Source: Acidimicrobiales bacterium
GTDB lineage: Bacteria; Actinomycetota; Acidimicrobiia; Acidimicrobiales; Bog-793
DNA length: 62,308 nt
Reading direction: 5' to 3'
Assembly: GCA_050014835.1 (NCBI GenBank)
Contig: JBEKCO010000004.1
Span: 1-62,308, forward strand
Positions 16,614-27,372 of the stretch are shown here, one piece after another. Positions within the stretch are counted from its first letter, which is position 1, and the number at the start of each line of letters is the position of its first letter. Made by a program: the position numbers and the translations under genes. The notes under the pieces are model-generated. The model was not told where the DNA came from, did not search any database, and worked only from the letters and a program-made list of their open reading frames with translations.

Positions 16614-17708
16614 ATGTCGGTCGGCTTGAGGGGGAGAGTCGCGGCACTTTGCGTTGCCGCGAGCGTGGCCATCGTTGTCGTCGCACCCGGCGAGAGCGCG
16701 ACGGCGGGCACCTCCGGACAGTCTTCGACGGAGCAGCTCGGAATAAGCACCTTCGTCCCGTACAACTGCGAGTCAGCCACGGATTGGTCCCTTTGGGCGA
16801 GTCGTCAGTTCCGGGCCTTCAAAAAGCTCGGCGCGAATTCCGTCGCGCTCGCTTTCCCGATGTACACGTACTCGCTCACATCGAATTCCTTCTTCGCCAA
16901 GGACGTCTGCGGCAGTCCGTACCAGACGCCACCGACGTCGGAGCTCACCCCGCTCATCGACATCGCGCACGCCGACGGTCTCCAGGTCTTCCTCCGCCCT
17001 CTTCTCTACGAGACGAACCTCGCGACGGAGGGCGGCTGGCGCGGCGTCATCGACCCGACGGACCCGAGCGTGTGGTTCGTCAACTACTGGCACGCGATGA
17101 AGCCGTATCTCGTCATGGCCCAGGCAGATCACGTTGAGCACTTCGCGATCGCCACGGAGCTCCAAAGCATGGCCCCGCTCAGTGGTTGGAAATCGATCAT
17201 CGCCCAGGCTCGGCGGATCTACACGGGCGATCTCGTGTTCACGACGACGTGGCTGCCCAAGGAGAACGCCGGGGTCCATTGGCCGAGTACGAGCGCCGGC
17301 TTCGACCTGTACTGGGGACTGCAGGGGCTGCCCGACACGGCGACGGCCGACCAGATCGTCGCCGGGTGGGACAACGCTCTGGCGACGGACAACCCGTTCC
17401 CGCTCATCTCCGTCGCGACGATCTCCGAGATCGGAATCCTTCCGCAGGACGGCGCCTACTCGCAGCCGTACCAGTGGACACTCCCGCTGAACACGAATCC
17501 TTTCAATCAGTCGATCCAGGCGACCTGGTTCACAGCGGCCTGCAGTTTTTTCAAGTCGCACGACATGGGCGGTATCTACTACTGGGGATCGACGATCTAT
17601 GACCAGAACGGAGCGCTCCTCACGAAGCCGAGCATGGGCGCCGCCGCCATAGCCGAGATTCAGCCGCTTTCCCAGAAGGCGATCGCGGAGTGCTTCACCG
17701 GAAAGTGA
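16614..17708 (+). CDS. Secreted GH113-like glycoside hydrolase
   Basis: Signal peptide; LGANSVAL, GLQVFLRP, WRGVIDP, FAIATEL (acid/base), SEIG (nucleophile), GIYYW. Confidence 0.78.
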   Translation: MSVGLRGRVAALCVAASVAIVVVAPGESATAGTSGQSSTEQLGISTFVPYNCESATDWSLWASRQFRAFKKLGANSVALAFPMYTYSLTSNSFFAKDVCGSPYQTPPTSELTPLIDIAHADGLQVFLRPLLYETNLATEGGWRGVIDPTDPSVWFVNYWHAMKPYLVMAQADHVEHFAIATELQSMAPLSGWKSIIAQARRIYTGDLVFTTTWLPKENAGVHWPSTSAGFDLYWGLQGLPDTATADQIVAGWDNALATDNPFPLISVATISEIGILPQDGAYSQPYQWTLPLNTNPFNQSIQATWFTAACSFFKSHDMGGIYYWGSTIYDQNGALLTKPSMGAAAIAEIQPLSQKAIAECFTGK

Positions 17709-17784
17709 TCCGACCTCCGAAGTGGCGCCGGGGTCGACGACGGCTCGCTCCCCTGGGCAGCGTGGTGTCTGAACAGGCCGTTTA

Positions 17785-18969
17785 GTGACCCAGCCGATTC
17801 TGACGATCAGGCAGCCGATGGCCGCCGCCACTGACGCGGCCCCGCGTCGTCGCCTCGCGGGCGCGAACATCGCCCTCGACGCCCGCTACGTGCAACGCCG
17901 CGGGATGGGGATACGCAGGTACCTCGCCGACGCGATCAGCGTGCTGACTGACGAGGGGGCGTCGGTCACGCTCCTCACGAACTTCCCGTCGGGACCGTAC
18001 GTGGGCTCGTTCCCCGGAGTCGAGTGGGCCTGCTTCGGCAGCCGTCGCAATATCGTCTGGGAACAGCTGCAACTTCCGCTGTTCCTCCGCCGTCACGCGT
18101 TCGACCTGTACTGGGCCCCGGCCAGCGTCGGGATGCCGCTACTTCCGGTTCCGAGGACGTGGAAGCTCTCCACGACCCACGATGTCATCCCGCTCCGCCT
18201 GCCGGCGATGTACCTGCTGCGCGACCCGGGATTCGCGATCCCGTATCTCGTGTGGACCGCCGCGGCGATGCTGCGCAGTGACGTGTTGATCACGGACTCG
18301 CATTCCGCGGCCGCCGACATCCGTCACTACTTCCGGCGGCACGCCGTCGTCGTCCCGCCGGTCTTCGGCGGCCGCGCCCGCCTATCCCGTGGGGGAAACC
18401 TGCCAAAGGGCCTCGCCGGGAGGTCCTACCTCGTTTACAACGGGGGCATCGACCCGAGGAAGAACGTCGGGAACCTTCTCGCTGGCTTCGCCATCGCGGC
18501 GCGACGGGAACCGAGCGTCTACCTCGCCTTGATGGGGGACGGTTATGAGCGTTATGCACCCCTGATCGCCGACCTCGGGATCAGCGAGAGAATCATCATG
18601 ACTGGGTACGTCGACGAGGACACGAAGAACGCGGTCCTCGCGTCGGCCCTCGCGCTCGTCTACCCCTCGCTGTACGAAGGCTTCGGTCTCCCGATCCTGG
18701 AAGCGTTTGCCGCCGAACTCCCGGTTCTGTCCTGCCGGAACAGCGCCCTGGAGGAGGTCGCGGGAGACGCGGCCGTGTACGTCGACCCACGCGACCCCGA
18801 GTCGATCGCCGCGGGCATCAGCGAAGTGTGCCGCGGAGAGACCGCCGCTCTGCTACGGGTGAAGGGAGCTGAGCGCCTGGCGAGGTATGCGCCGGAGCGG
18901 GCGCGAGAGGAACTTCTCGACGTCGTGGAGCACGGAATCGTCGCGGCTGGCTCGCGTCGGTCCCGCTAG
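17785..18969 (+). CDS. GT4 glycosyltransferase (MtfB/WbaZ-like)
   Basis: GIRRY, THDVIP, GGIDPRKN, YPSLYEGFGLPILEA. Confidence 0.92.
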   Translation: MTQPILTIRQPMAAATDAAPRRRLAGANIALDARYVQRRGMGIRRYLADAISVLTDEGASVTLLTNFPSGPYVGSFPGVEWACFGSRRNIVWEQLQLPLFLRRHAFDLYWAPASVGMPLLPVPRTWKLSTTHDVIPLRLPAMYLLRDPGFAIPYLVWTAAAMLRSDVLITDSHSAAADIRHYFRRHAVVVPPVFGGRARLSRGGNLPKGLAGRSYLVYNGGIDPRKNVGNLLAGFAIAARREPSVYLALMGDGYERYAPLIADLGISERIIMTGYVDEDTKNAVLASALALVYPSLYEGFGLPILEAFAAELPVLSCRNSALEEVAGDAAVYVDPRDPESIAAGISEVCRGETAALLRVKGAERLARYAPERAREELLDVVEHGIVAAGSRRSR

Positions 18970-18978
18970 GGTGCCGAA

Positions 18979-19527
18979 ATGATGGGCGGCGACATATCGG
19001 GGCAGGTACCGTCGGCACTGCGTGAGCGCGCAGGGGATGGCCTTGGCCCAGGTCGTGCAGAGGGGCTAGGCCGCGCGCAATCGGAGCCTCCCGAACGGGT
19101 CGCGCGGGTCCACAGTCGGTCGGCGACGAGGTGGAACGGACACCGCTTGAAGGCCGCCGGCGTCGTGCTCGTCTTCGTTGTCGTGCTCTTCACCGCCAGC
19201 GGCCCCCTCGTGCGTTGGGTGGGCAGGACTGCGGGCATTGATTCTCTTCCCTACCGGGAGACCGCGGCATTCGCGTATCCATCCGTCGCTGACGCGGGTG
19301 TCGTACGCGGCTCGCACGTGAGGATCGCGGTCACCGTCATCCGACGTTCGGTGATCCCGTGGTCGGCGACCGCCGGCGGGTTCCTCGATGCGCTGGGAGC
19401 GGTGGACGTGCGACCCGGTCGCGCGTCGTACGTGCTCGTCCCCGTCCCGGACGTGAGAACGCGAACGTGGCTGACGATCCATATCGGAGGGCTTCCCGCG
19501 CCCTTGCGCGTCGAGGTCAGACCGTGA
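18979..19527 (+). CDS. Hypothetical single-TM protein with an extracytoplasmic beta domain
   Basis: One hydrophobic segment; GTGA-coupled to the next gene. Confidence 0.6.
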   Translation: MMGGDISGQVPSALRERAGDGLGPGRAEGLGRAQSEPPERVARVHSRSATRWNGHRLKAAGVVLVFVVVLFTASGPLVRWVGRTAGIDSLPYRETAAFAYPSVADAGVVRGSHVRIAVTVIRRSVIPWSATAGGFLDALGAVDVRPGRASYVLVPVPDVRTRTWLTIHIGGLPAPLRVEVRP

Positions 19528-21764
19528 CAGAAGCCGCGGATCTGGGTCCCCAGCGCGCCGAGGGGCGGTTCGGAATCGCCACGACCTTCGCATTCATCAT
19601 CGTCGCGGTGTCGCTCGTCGCTCCGGCGAGCCCGGGCGCCCAACTCGTCTCCACGGTGGGCCTGATCCTTCTGCCGGGATTGCTCCTCACGTCCTTGATC
19701 GTTCCGTGGGGGATCACGGGACTCCGGAAGCTGCTCCTCGCGACTGGAATCGGGATCACCCTGTTCTGTTTCGTCGGCGCGGCCGCTGGTGCGATCGGAC
19801 CGTACCTCGGGGTCAGTCGGCCACTCAGTCGTGTGCCGCTCCTCGTGGTCTGGCTCGTGCTGCTCGCGATGCTCGCTGCGGTCGCGGTCGTCCGGCGTGC
19901 CGATCCCGTAGGAGACCTGCTGGCAGGCCATCCGCGTCGCAGCTTGTGGTGGATCGCCGCTCTCGCGGTACCTCCGTGCATCGCCCTCGTCGGGGCCACC
20001 GAGCTGAATGCGACCTCGAGCAACACGATCGCGACGGCCGCAACCGTACTCGGCCTGGGCCTCGTGTTCGCCAGCGTCGCGTTCAGCCGACGAATCGGCG
20101 AGGGACTCCAGGCCGGATTCGTCGGAAGCGCCGTGGTCACCCTGGTCTGGCAGATCCCAACCCGTGGGGGCTGGCTCTGGGGTTGGGACATCCAGCACGA
20201 GTTCTCGGTGGCGGCGGCCACGATCGCCGCCGGGAGATTCCCCATTCCGCACAGCCATGATCCGTACGCGGGGATGTTGTCGCTCACGGTCCTCCCTGCC
20301 CAGCTGCACTTCCTCAACGCGATCCAGCTGCGGACGATCCTCGTCCTGGTCCCCGGAGTCCTGCTGGCTGCCTGCGCGGTGACGACGTTGCTGACGATCC
20401 GGCGCATCCTCGGCCCGACCGGGTCCGCCTTGCTCGTCGCCCTCCTCATCGTCGGAACGACGTCGTTTCTCACCGAGCTTCCGGCTCTCATGCGCCAGTG
20501 CGTCGCCTTGTTCCTCTTCACCGTCGTCATCCAGCTCGTCTCCGATCCCACGGCCCCGATCCGCCGCGTGCGGGTGCTGGCCGCTGTGCTGGGACTGGGA
20601 CTGGCCGTTTCCCACTACTCGACGGCCTACATGTCGGCGGCCGCGGTCGTCGTGGCGTGGCTGTTCGGCCTAGTGCTGCGCGCCCATTGGTCACGGCGGG
20701 TCCTCACCGCACCCGTCGCGGCGAGCTTCGCCGGAGCCGCGCTCATCTGGGGGCTGGTCGTCGCCAACACGGGTTCCTACCTCGGCCAGGTCTTCGATGC
20801 GATCCGCACCTCCGGCCTGGAGCTGTTCCCCGGAACGGGGAACCTCCTGTCCCGCTGGATCGAGGGTGCCGCCTCAAGCGAGCGGCTGAGTGCGTCCCGC
20901 GTCCGCGCCCTTGATCTCGTCACGCGGACGACGCACTACACCTGGATGAACGTCGACCCAAGAGCGAACTCGACCGTCCTCGTGAACAAGTTCTTGCCGA
21001 CGTCGCGCGGCGTGCCGGTTTTCGGGTCGATCGTCGACGACGGGGCGACCGTGGCACGTGAGCTCCTCCTCGTTCTCATCGTCGTGGCGGTGCTCTGGAT
21101 CGTCTGGCGGGCTTTCCGCGGACACCAACATGTCGAGATCGCCGGACTCGCCGTTTTCGGCGGCATCGCGTCGGCTCTGTCCCGGTCGTCGGGAACGCTC
21201 GTCGTGCAGTTCAACGCTGACCGCGTCGAAGCCCAGATGTACCTCGTGTTCGTCGTCGCGGCCGCGTACCTCTTCCAGCGCGTGCGACCGCGCATCCCGC
21301 GAATGGCGCCATGGCTGCTCGGGCTCATCGCGACGCTTCAGGTCGCGAGCGCGTGCGGCGTGACGAGCTACGTCATCGCCAATTCGAACCTTCCCGTCTC
21401 CCTCGCTGCCACGGGATCCCAGGTGGAGGATCTCGCCGTAACACCGGCGGACAAGGCCGCAGCCCAGTGGCTGGTGGCCAACTCGGGAGCTCGCCTGATC
21501 CAAACGGACCCCTTCTCCGTGCTGGCCCTCGACGACTTCGACGGGGGCTACCGTCGGAGTCTCATCCAGGAGGTCGACCCGGTAATCGTCGACAACAGCG
21601 CCTGGATACTGGCGATCCGGGCGAACGTCGTCAACCATGTCGCGAGGGTGATCAGTGGCAGGTTCTCGGGGGAGTACGTGTTCGCCAGCGCATATTTCGG
21701 CAGCACCCGTTCGATCCTCTACATCTCGCGGTCCGACATCGTCTACGGATCGGATCCGTCGTGA
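19524..21764 (+). CDS. DUF2206-like polytopic membrane protein (probable GT-C fold)
   Basis: Many TMs; GWDIQHEF, YAGMLSLTVLP, RQCVAL, SHYSTAY motifs recalled for DUF2206. Confidence 0.7.
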   Translation: MTEAADLGPQRAEGRFGIATTFAFIIVAVSLVAPASPGAQLVSTVGLILLPGLLLTSLIVPWGITGLRKLLLATGIGITLFCFVGAAAGAIGPYLGVSRPLSRVPLLVVWLVLLAMLAAVAVVRRADPVGDLLAGHPRRSLWWIAALAVPPCIALVGATELNATSSNTIATAATVLGLGLVFASVAFSRRIGEGLQAGFVGSAVVTLVWQIPTRGGWLWGWDIQHEFSVAAATIAAGRFPIPHSHDPYAGMLSLTVLPAQLHFLNAIQLRTILVLVPGVLLAACAVTTLLTIRRILGPTGSALLVALLIVGTTSFLTELPALMRQCVALFLFTVVIQLVSDPTAPIRRVRVLAAVLGLGLAVSHYSTAYMSAAAVVVAWLFGLVLRAHWSRRVLTAPVAASFAGAALIWGLVVANTGSYLGQVFDAIRTSGLELFPGTGNLLSRWIEGAASSERLSASRVRALDLVTRTTHYTWMNVDPRANSTVLVNKFLPTSRGVPVFGSIVDDGATVARELLLVLIVVAVLWIVWRAFRGHQHVEIAGLAVFGGIASALSRSSGTLVVQFNADRVEAQMYLVFVVAAAYLFQRVRPRIPRMAPWLLGLIATLQVASACGVTSYVIANSNLPVSLAATGSQVEDLAVTPADKAAAQWLVANSGARLIQTDPFSVLALDDFDGGYRRSLIQEVDPVIVDNSAWILAIRANVVNHVARVISGRFSGEYVFASAYFGSTRSILYISRSDIVYGSDPS

Positions 21765-21828
21765 GCCGGCAGGTCGGCGGAAGGCCCGCGCCGGACCCCT
21801 CGTGCGCAGGGGAGAACCGAGGCACACG

Positions 21829-22896
21829 ATGACCGGGGCAGCTCCACCGTCGGGGACCGCCGCTCGTCGCGAAGCCACCCCCGGGCGCCCGAGGCTCAGC
21901 GTCGCGATCTGCTCGCACAACGGAGCGGCCAGCATCGGCGCGGCACTCGCCGCGATCGGCGCGCAGACCCACGACGTGCCGTTCGAGCTGATCGTCGTCG
22001 ACGACGGCTCCACGGACGACACGGCGGAGATCGCCGCGGCCTCGGGCGCGAGAGTAATTCGTCTGGGTACGAACCGGGGAAGGGGCGAGGCCCTCCAGGC
22101 GGCGATCGCCGCGGCCCGCGGTCCAATCCTCGCGATGACAGACGACGACTGTGTCCCCCCACCGCACTGGGTTCAGCAGCTGGCAGACGCGTGGGCCAGC
22201 GCTCCGAGCGACGTGACGGTGATCGGCGGGCCCGTGAAGCCGCTCGCCGTTGACACCTTCAACCGCCGGTTCGTCGACTTCCGCAATCCGCTCGCGGCGT
22301 TGGAACTCGACGCGGTGCAGCACCCCGGCGTCGGGGCGCGGCTGTGGCGCGCCCTCTTCCCCCCGCCACCGCGGGCCGACGAGCGCTCGGTCCTGTCGAT
22401 TCCCGGAGCGAACATGTCACTTCGACTCTCCGCGGTGCGGGAAGTCGGGGGCTTCGACACTTCGATCCGGTTCGGCGGCGAGGAGGAACTGCTCTGCCGG
22501 CGTCTCCAGGCGGTCTTCGGGCCGGACGCGGTGCAGTTCGTGCCGCACATCGAGATGTTCCACGACTTCCGCCCGAACCTGTCCGATTCCCTCCGGCGGG
22601 CCCGCGCCTACGGGCTCTCGCACGGTCGGTTGTGGCGACGGGACGGCGGCATCCCGACGATCAAGCCCCTGCCGTTCCTTTTTGCGTTGCTCGTGGTACC
22701 GCTGTTCGCCCGGCGGCCGAGGCTCGGTGTCGCGAGTCTCGCGCTCGCCCCGCCTCTCCTCTACCGAGGCTGGCTTGCTCGCTGCCGGGAGACGTCGGCG
22801 CTTGAGCCCGTGCTCTACCCGTACGTGTGCCTCCTCGAGGATCTCGCGGGGATGGAAGGCTTTCTCGCGGGCCTGCGCGATCCGCTCGCGAACTGA
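21829..22896 (+). CDS. GT2 glycosyltransferase with C-terminal TMs
   Basis: VVDDGSTDDT, MTDDDC, GANMS, GGFD..GGEE. Confidence 0.9.
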   Translation: MTGAAPPSGTAARREATPGRPRLSVAICSHNGAASIGAALAAIGAQTHDVPFELIVVDDGSTDDTAEIAAASGARVIRLGTNRGRGEALQAAIAAARGPILAMTDDDCVPPPHWVQQLADAWASAPSDVTVIGGPVKPLAVDTFNRRFVDFRNPLAALELDAVQHPGVGARLWRALFPPPPRADERSVLSIPGANMSLRLSAVREVGGFDTSIRFGGEEELLCRRLQAVFGPDAVQFVPHIEMFHDFRPNLSDSLRRARAYGLSHGRLWRRDGGIPTIKPLPFLFALLVVPLFARRPRLGVASLALAPPLLYRGWLARCRETSALEPVLYPYVCLLEDLAGMEGFLAGLRDPLAN

Positions 22897-22909
22897 GATC
22901 CCCCCGTCG

Positions 22910-24430
22910 TCACTGCTCGCGGTGGAGCGCCGTGTTCAGCATCCGCCGACCGACGGTCCGCAGCTCCGGCGGGAGGCCACCGAGGAGCGCGAGGACCGTG
23001 ACGAAGAGCACGATGACGCCGACGCCCACGAGGAGCGACAGCGCCGCTCCGGCGTGCGGGGACCACAACCAGAAGCGGAACACCCCGATGACGGTGCCTG
23101 CGGCGATCGCCGGTCGGATGAGCGCCCCGACGACCGCGGTGCGGATGCCGACGGCGTAGCGGAACACCGCGTAGGTGCCCGCCAACACGAATGCCTCCGA
23201 GACGACCGTCGCCCCCGCCGAGCCCCGCACGCCCCAACGGGGGATGGCGATCACGTTCAGCACGACGTTGAGGACGAGGCTCGAGATGCTCACGTAGATC
23301 AGCTTCTGGTGTCGGTTGCGCGCGAAGGCTGCGTATCCGAAGACATTCGTGAGGCCCGAGAAGACGACAGAGATTGCGAGGATCGACAGCGGGGCGACCG
23401 AGGAGGCGAACTTGCTCCCGGCGAGCATCCGGACGGCCTGCGATCCGAGACAGATGATCCCGGCCGCGATGAGACAGCCGATCGAGGCCATGTAGGCGAC
23501 AGACCATTCGACGACCGTATTCAGTTCGTCCTGGCGGCTACGGGTCAGCAGCGGCAACACGCTCGTCATGAAGGCGCTCGAGATGAAGAGGAAGAAGTTG
23601 ATGATCGCGTAGGCGACTCCGTAGATGGCGACCTGGTACACGCTCGTCATGACGCTGAGCAGGATGATGTCCGCCTTCAGGTACGCGTAGTTGACGATCC
23701 CGATGATCCCGATCGTGATCGACTGGCGGATGATGAGGCCCCATTCGGCGATGCTGAACCGCGGGCGGAACGGGACCTGGCGGTGGACCGCCAGGTACGC
23801 GACGGTCGCGAGGACGACCATCGAGGCGAGGTAGGCGCAGAAGCACCCCCGGACTCCCGCTCCCATCGCGAGCGCGAGCGCCAGGCCCCCAACCCAGAGC
23901 ACCTGCTGCAGCAGGTTGATCGCCGCGACCCAGTGGTTCGAGATGCTCGCCACGTAGTAGGCGAGCGAGACCGCCCGGATGGCGTCGAACGGAACGCTGA
24001 TCGCGACGATCAGCACGCCGAAGCGGACCTCGCCCGGCGAGCTCCGGTAGACGAGATCGCCGACGACCCAGACGATCGGGATGAGCACCGCGCTGAGCGA
24101 GAGGCGCAGACCGAGGTTGTGGCTGAGTATGCGTCCCGCGTCCTCGGGACTGCGCGCGATTTCGCGACCACCAAGGGCGTTGATCCCGAGATCGGTGAGG
24201 AGTTCCCATGTCGAGACGAAGGTCCCGGCGGCGACGAAGACGCCGTAGCTGCTCGGACCCAGGCGATGCGTCATCAGGCGCAGCGCGAGCGCGCCCAGCG
24301 CCGCAAGGGCGATGTTCGACGCGAACAACGACGAGGTGCTGATGAAGATGCGACGACGGGGGCGGACAAACCCTCCCGCAACGGGCTCGTCGCCCAGTTC
24401 GCCGACCGGAACGGACACGTCGTCTGACAT
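22910..24430 (-). CDS. Wzx-like oligosaccharide flippase
   Basis: About 14 TMs, LGPSSYG, DLGIN, KADIILL..VAIYGVAY, IPRWGVRGSA. Confidence 0.88.
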   Translation of the reverse strand: MSDDVSVPVGELGDEPVAGGFVRPRRRIFISTSSLFASNIALAALGALALRLMTHRLGPSSYGVFVAAGTFVSTWELLTDLGINALGGREIARSPEDAGRILSHNLGLRLSLSAVLIPIVWVVGDLVYRSSPGEVRFGVLIVAISVPFDAIRAVSLAYYVASISNHWVAAINLLQQVLWVGGLALALAMGAGVRGCFCAYLASMVVLATVAYLAVHRQVPFRPRFSIAEWGLIIRQSITIGIIGIVNYAYLKADIILLSVMTSVYQVAIYGVAYAIINFFLFISSAFMTSVLPLLTRSRQDELNTVVEWSVAYMASIGCLIAAGIICLGSQAVRMLAGSKFASSVAPLSILAISVVFSGLTNVFGYAAFARNRHQKLIYVSISSLVLNVVLNVIAIPRWGVRGSAGATVVSEAFVLAGTYAVFRYAVGIRTAVVGALIRPAIAAGTVIGVFRFWLWSPHAGAALSLLVGVGVIVLFVTVLALLGGLPPELRTVGRRMLNTALHREQ

Positions 24431-24727
24431 CGAGGTCCAGATCATCGCTCGTCTGCTCCCAGAGGGGAAGCCCGGACCCCACCTGTAATGACCGGAGGAC
24501 GCCCGGTGCCGGCCCCCCTGGTGGGGGCATTACGGCGCCGGATCGGGGGGATGCGTTCGCCGAGATGCGTCACGAGCGCGGCACCCGCAGTACGGCGACG
24601 CGCGGCGGTTACGCTCTTTGAGCGGGACTGGTGAGCCGCGAGGGGCAGTGCGCGCGCCTTGTGGGGGCGACGATTTGCCGGATGCCCTGGGCGGGGCCAG
24701 AGGTGACTGATCAGGAGTCGGCGCATA

Positions 24728-25960
24728 ATGGACCCATCCGAACTCGGCGCCCGTCCGTCGCGCCACAGACCGCGGCGCCGGATCCGCCGCACGGCGTCAC
24801 CGCGGGTGCTCCTCACCCCGCGGAACGAGGAGAACCCGTACCTCCCGCTCTTGAAGCGGTCCCTCGAGGATGTCGGCGTCCGTATCGAGTGGCTCCGCGT
24901 CGAGGTGACGGGGAGCCAGACGTGCAACGCGCTGCTCCTGCCCGTCGAGCTCGTCCGAGAGCGCCTGAGAGGTTTCAACATCATCCACCTGCAATGGGCG
25001 TACAACTTCGCCTGGCTCTGGACCCGGCGGCTGCCCGCCGTGCGTCGGCTGCCGAGATGGTGGTTCGCGTTCATACTGTGGTTCGCCGAGGCGATCGGCT
25101 ACCGGATCGTCTACACGTCACACGAACCGCTTCCATTGAGCCCTGTGTTTGACGACGACATTGCCGGCCGGCGACCGATTTTCGGGCGGGCGAGCGGGAT
25201 CATCACGATCACCGAAGCCGCGAAGCGTCAGCTCGCCGGGGAGTTCGGCGTGTCCCCAGAGCGCCTCCAGGTCATACCTGAAGGCGCGCCCACCGTCGTC
25301 GGGGGGATCGCGCGTGACGACGCCCGCGGCCGGCTCGGGATCGCCCGCGACACGCCGCTCGTCGTGATGTTCGGTCGCCTCGACCCCTACAAAGGCGTCG
25401 ACGTCCTGCTCAGGGCCGTTCTCGAGCTTCCTGGGGAGATTCGACTGGCCGTCCGCTTGCTCGGCTTGGCGGCGAATGAGGCATTCGCAGAGAGGATCGA
25501 GGAGCTTCTCGCCGCGGTATGCGCAACCGGTCGTGACGCCCGTTGGGACCGCGGTGCGTTCTCCGATGAGGATCTCGAGGTGCTCCTCGCCGCGGCGGAC
25601 CTCTTCGCGGCACCCTTCCAGTGGATCTCGAACTCCGGCTCCATGAGGGCCGCGATGGCACATGAAGTCCCGGTCGTCGTTCCCGACCTTCCCGAGCTCG
25701 CCGACGTCCCCGAGGACGGCGTTTACCGCTACGACCGCACGGCGCCGGATGGCCTGCGTGAGGTGTTGGCGCGCGCGTTGCGAGCGCGCCCGGAGGAGAG
25801 AGCGGCCCGAGTCTCGGCGGCGCGTGAGTGGGTGACCGGGTGGACGTGGCACGAGGTCGCGGTCGCGACGGCGAGCGTCTACGAGCGCGCCCTTCGCGGC
25901 GAGAGCATGACCGGCGAGGTCGGGGGCCGGGTCGGCGAGATTTCGAGCGTCCGATCATGA
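24728..25960 (+). CDS. GT4 glycosyltransferase
   Basis: NPYLPLL, FGRLDPYKGVD, PFQWISNSGS. Confidence 0.88.
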   Translation: MDPSELGARPSRHRPRRRIRRTASPRVLLTPRNEENPYLPLLKRSLEDVGVRIEWLRVEVTGSQTCNALLLPVELVRERLRGFNIIHLQWAYNFAWLWTRRLPAVRRLPRWWFAFILWFAEAIGYRIVYTSHEPLPLSPVFDDDIAGRRPIFGRASGIITITEAAKRQLAGEFGVSPERLQVIPEGAPTVVGGIARDDARGRLGIARDTPLVVMFGRLDPYKGVDVLLRAVLELPGEIRLAVRLLGLAANEAFAERIEELLAAVCATGRDARWDRGAFSDEDLEVLLAAADLFAAPFQWISNSGSMRAAMAHEVPVVVPDLPELADVPEDGVYRYDRTAPDGLREVLARALRARPEERAARVSAAREWVTGWTWHEVAVATASVYERALRGESMTGEVGGRVGEISSVRS

Positions 25961-27354
25961 CGGGGAGTCCGACGACCGCCGTCGTCATCGTGTCGAAGGA
26001 CGAGCTCCTCCTGGAGGACACGCTCAACGCCCTGCGCGAGCAACTGGAGGACAACGACGCCGAATGCGTCGTCGTCGACGCCTCGCGCCGCCGACTCGAC
26101 CGTATCCGCCAAACCCACCCGTGGGTCCGCTGGATCGATTTCGTGGGACCGCTCGGTGTCCCGATCACGATCGCGCACCAACGCAACGTCGGCGTGCGCG
26201 CGGCGAGCGCGCCGGTCATCGCGTTCTGCGATTGCGGGGGAGTCCCCGGCGAGAAATGGCTCGCGAGCCTGACGGCCCCGATCCTCGCCGGAACAGCCGA
26301 GGCCACGTGCGGGCCGATCTACAACCTGGACTCGCCGTTTATGGGCGCGATCAACGACCTCGCCGACGGGGCGCCCGTGCGTATGACAGTGACCGCCAAC
26401 ATGGCGGTCGCGCGCTCGGCCTTCGATTCGGTCGGCGGCTTCGATGAGCGCTTTGCCTGCGGCGAGGACACCGAGTTCGGTTGGCGCCTGCGGGACGCGC
26501 GACTGCGCGTCGTCTGCGCGGCGTCGGCGACGATGTCCATGCACTGGGGGGACGCCGACCGGGAGATCCTCCGTGGCCGCCGCTACGGGCAGGGGACGGC
26601 GATGCTGTTCCTCACCCATCCGGACCGGATTCCCGAGCACGTGGCGATGTGGCCGGATCTCCTCGCCTATCCGGTCTGGTTCGTCGGGCTTCCGATCTCG
26701 TTGGCCCTCATCCCGGTCTCCGGGTGGATCCCGGTGGGGTGGGCGGCCCTGCTTGCCGTCCCCGTCGTCCGTGCGCTCCTCAGCGGGAACTCGGTCGCCT
26801 TCCTTCGCGTGAAATGGGTCCGTACGATGGGCTTCTTCGCGGGCCTCGCCCATGCCATTGCCGATCAGGGCGTCCCTGTGCTGCTCGTCGGGGCTTCGGC
26901 ACCTTCCGACTCGCACACTCCGTCCGAGGACCAGCTCCGCGAGGTCCAAGTCTCGGCCGCGCGGGTCGATGCCTCCCGGCGTCGGTTGGTCGCCCGACTT
27001 TGCTGGCGTCGGCTCCGCGGAGCACGGATCATCGACCTGCGCGCGGGAGTCCCGAGCTCGAGACGGGCCCGGCGGCGCCTCGTCGCGGGGCTGTGGGTGG
27101 CCCGTCGCATCGGATATCGGATCGTCGTGTGGGATCCCGCCGAAGACGCCCTCATCGCCCGCCGCGCCGACGTCGTCGTCGCCTCCCCGGAACGCACGGC
27201 GGGGATCGCAACAGCCGGGCGCGCCCGAGTTGCGGTCGTGACAAGACACGACATCGCCGATCCGAACGGTGCCGCAACGGCACTTCTGGCCCGGCGGATC
27301 TACGAATCGCTCCTCACCGGCGCGGCAGTGGACCGAGAGCAGCCGGGGGACTGA
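25957..27354 (+). CDS. GT2 glycosyltransferase with TM region and a degenerate GT4-like C-terminal domain
   Basis: VVVDAS, QRNVGV, FCDCG, GGFDERFACGED; ATGA overlap. Confidence 0.85.
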   Translation: MTGSPTTAVVIVSKDELLLEDTLNALREQLEDNDAECVVVDASRRRLDRIRQTHPWVRWIDFVGPLGVPITIAHQRNVGVRAASAPVIAFCDCGGVPGEKWLASLTAPILAGTAEATCGPIYNLDSPFMGAINDLADGAPVRMTVTANMAVARSAFDSVGGFDERFACGEDTEFGWRLRDARLRVVCAASATMSMHWGDADREILRGRRYGQGTAMLFLTHPDRIPEHVAMWPDLLAYPVWFVGLPISLALIPVSGWIPVGWAALLAVPVVRALLSGNSVAFLRVKWVRTMGFFAGLAHAIADQGVPVLLVGASAPSDSHTPSEDQLREVQVSAARVDASRRRLVARLCWRRLRGARIIDLRAGVPSSRRARRRLVAGLWVARRIGYRIVVWDPAEDALIARRADVVVASPERTAGIATAGRARVAVVTRHDIADPNGAATALLARRIYESLLTGAAVDREQPGD

Positions 27355-27372
27355 ACTCCGCGCTCGTCCCGG

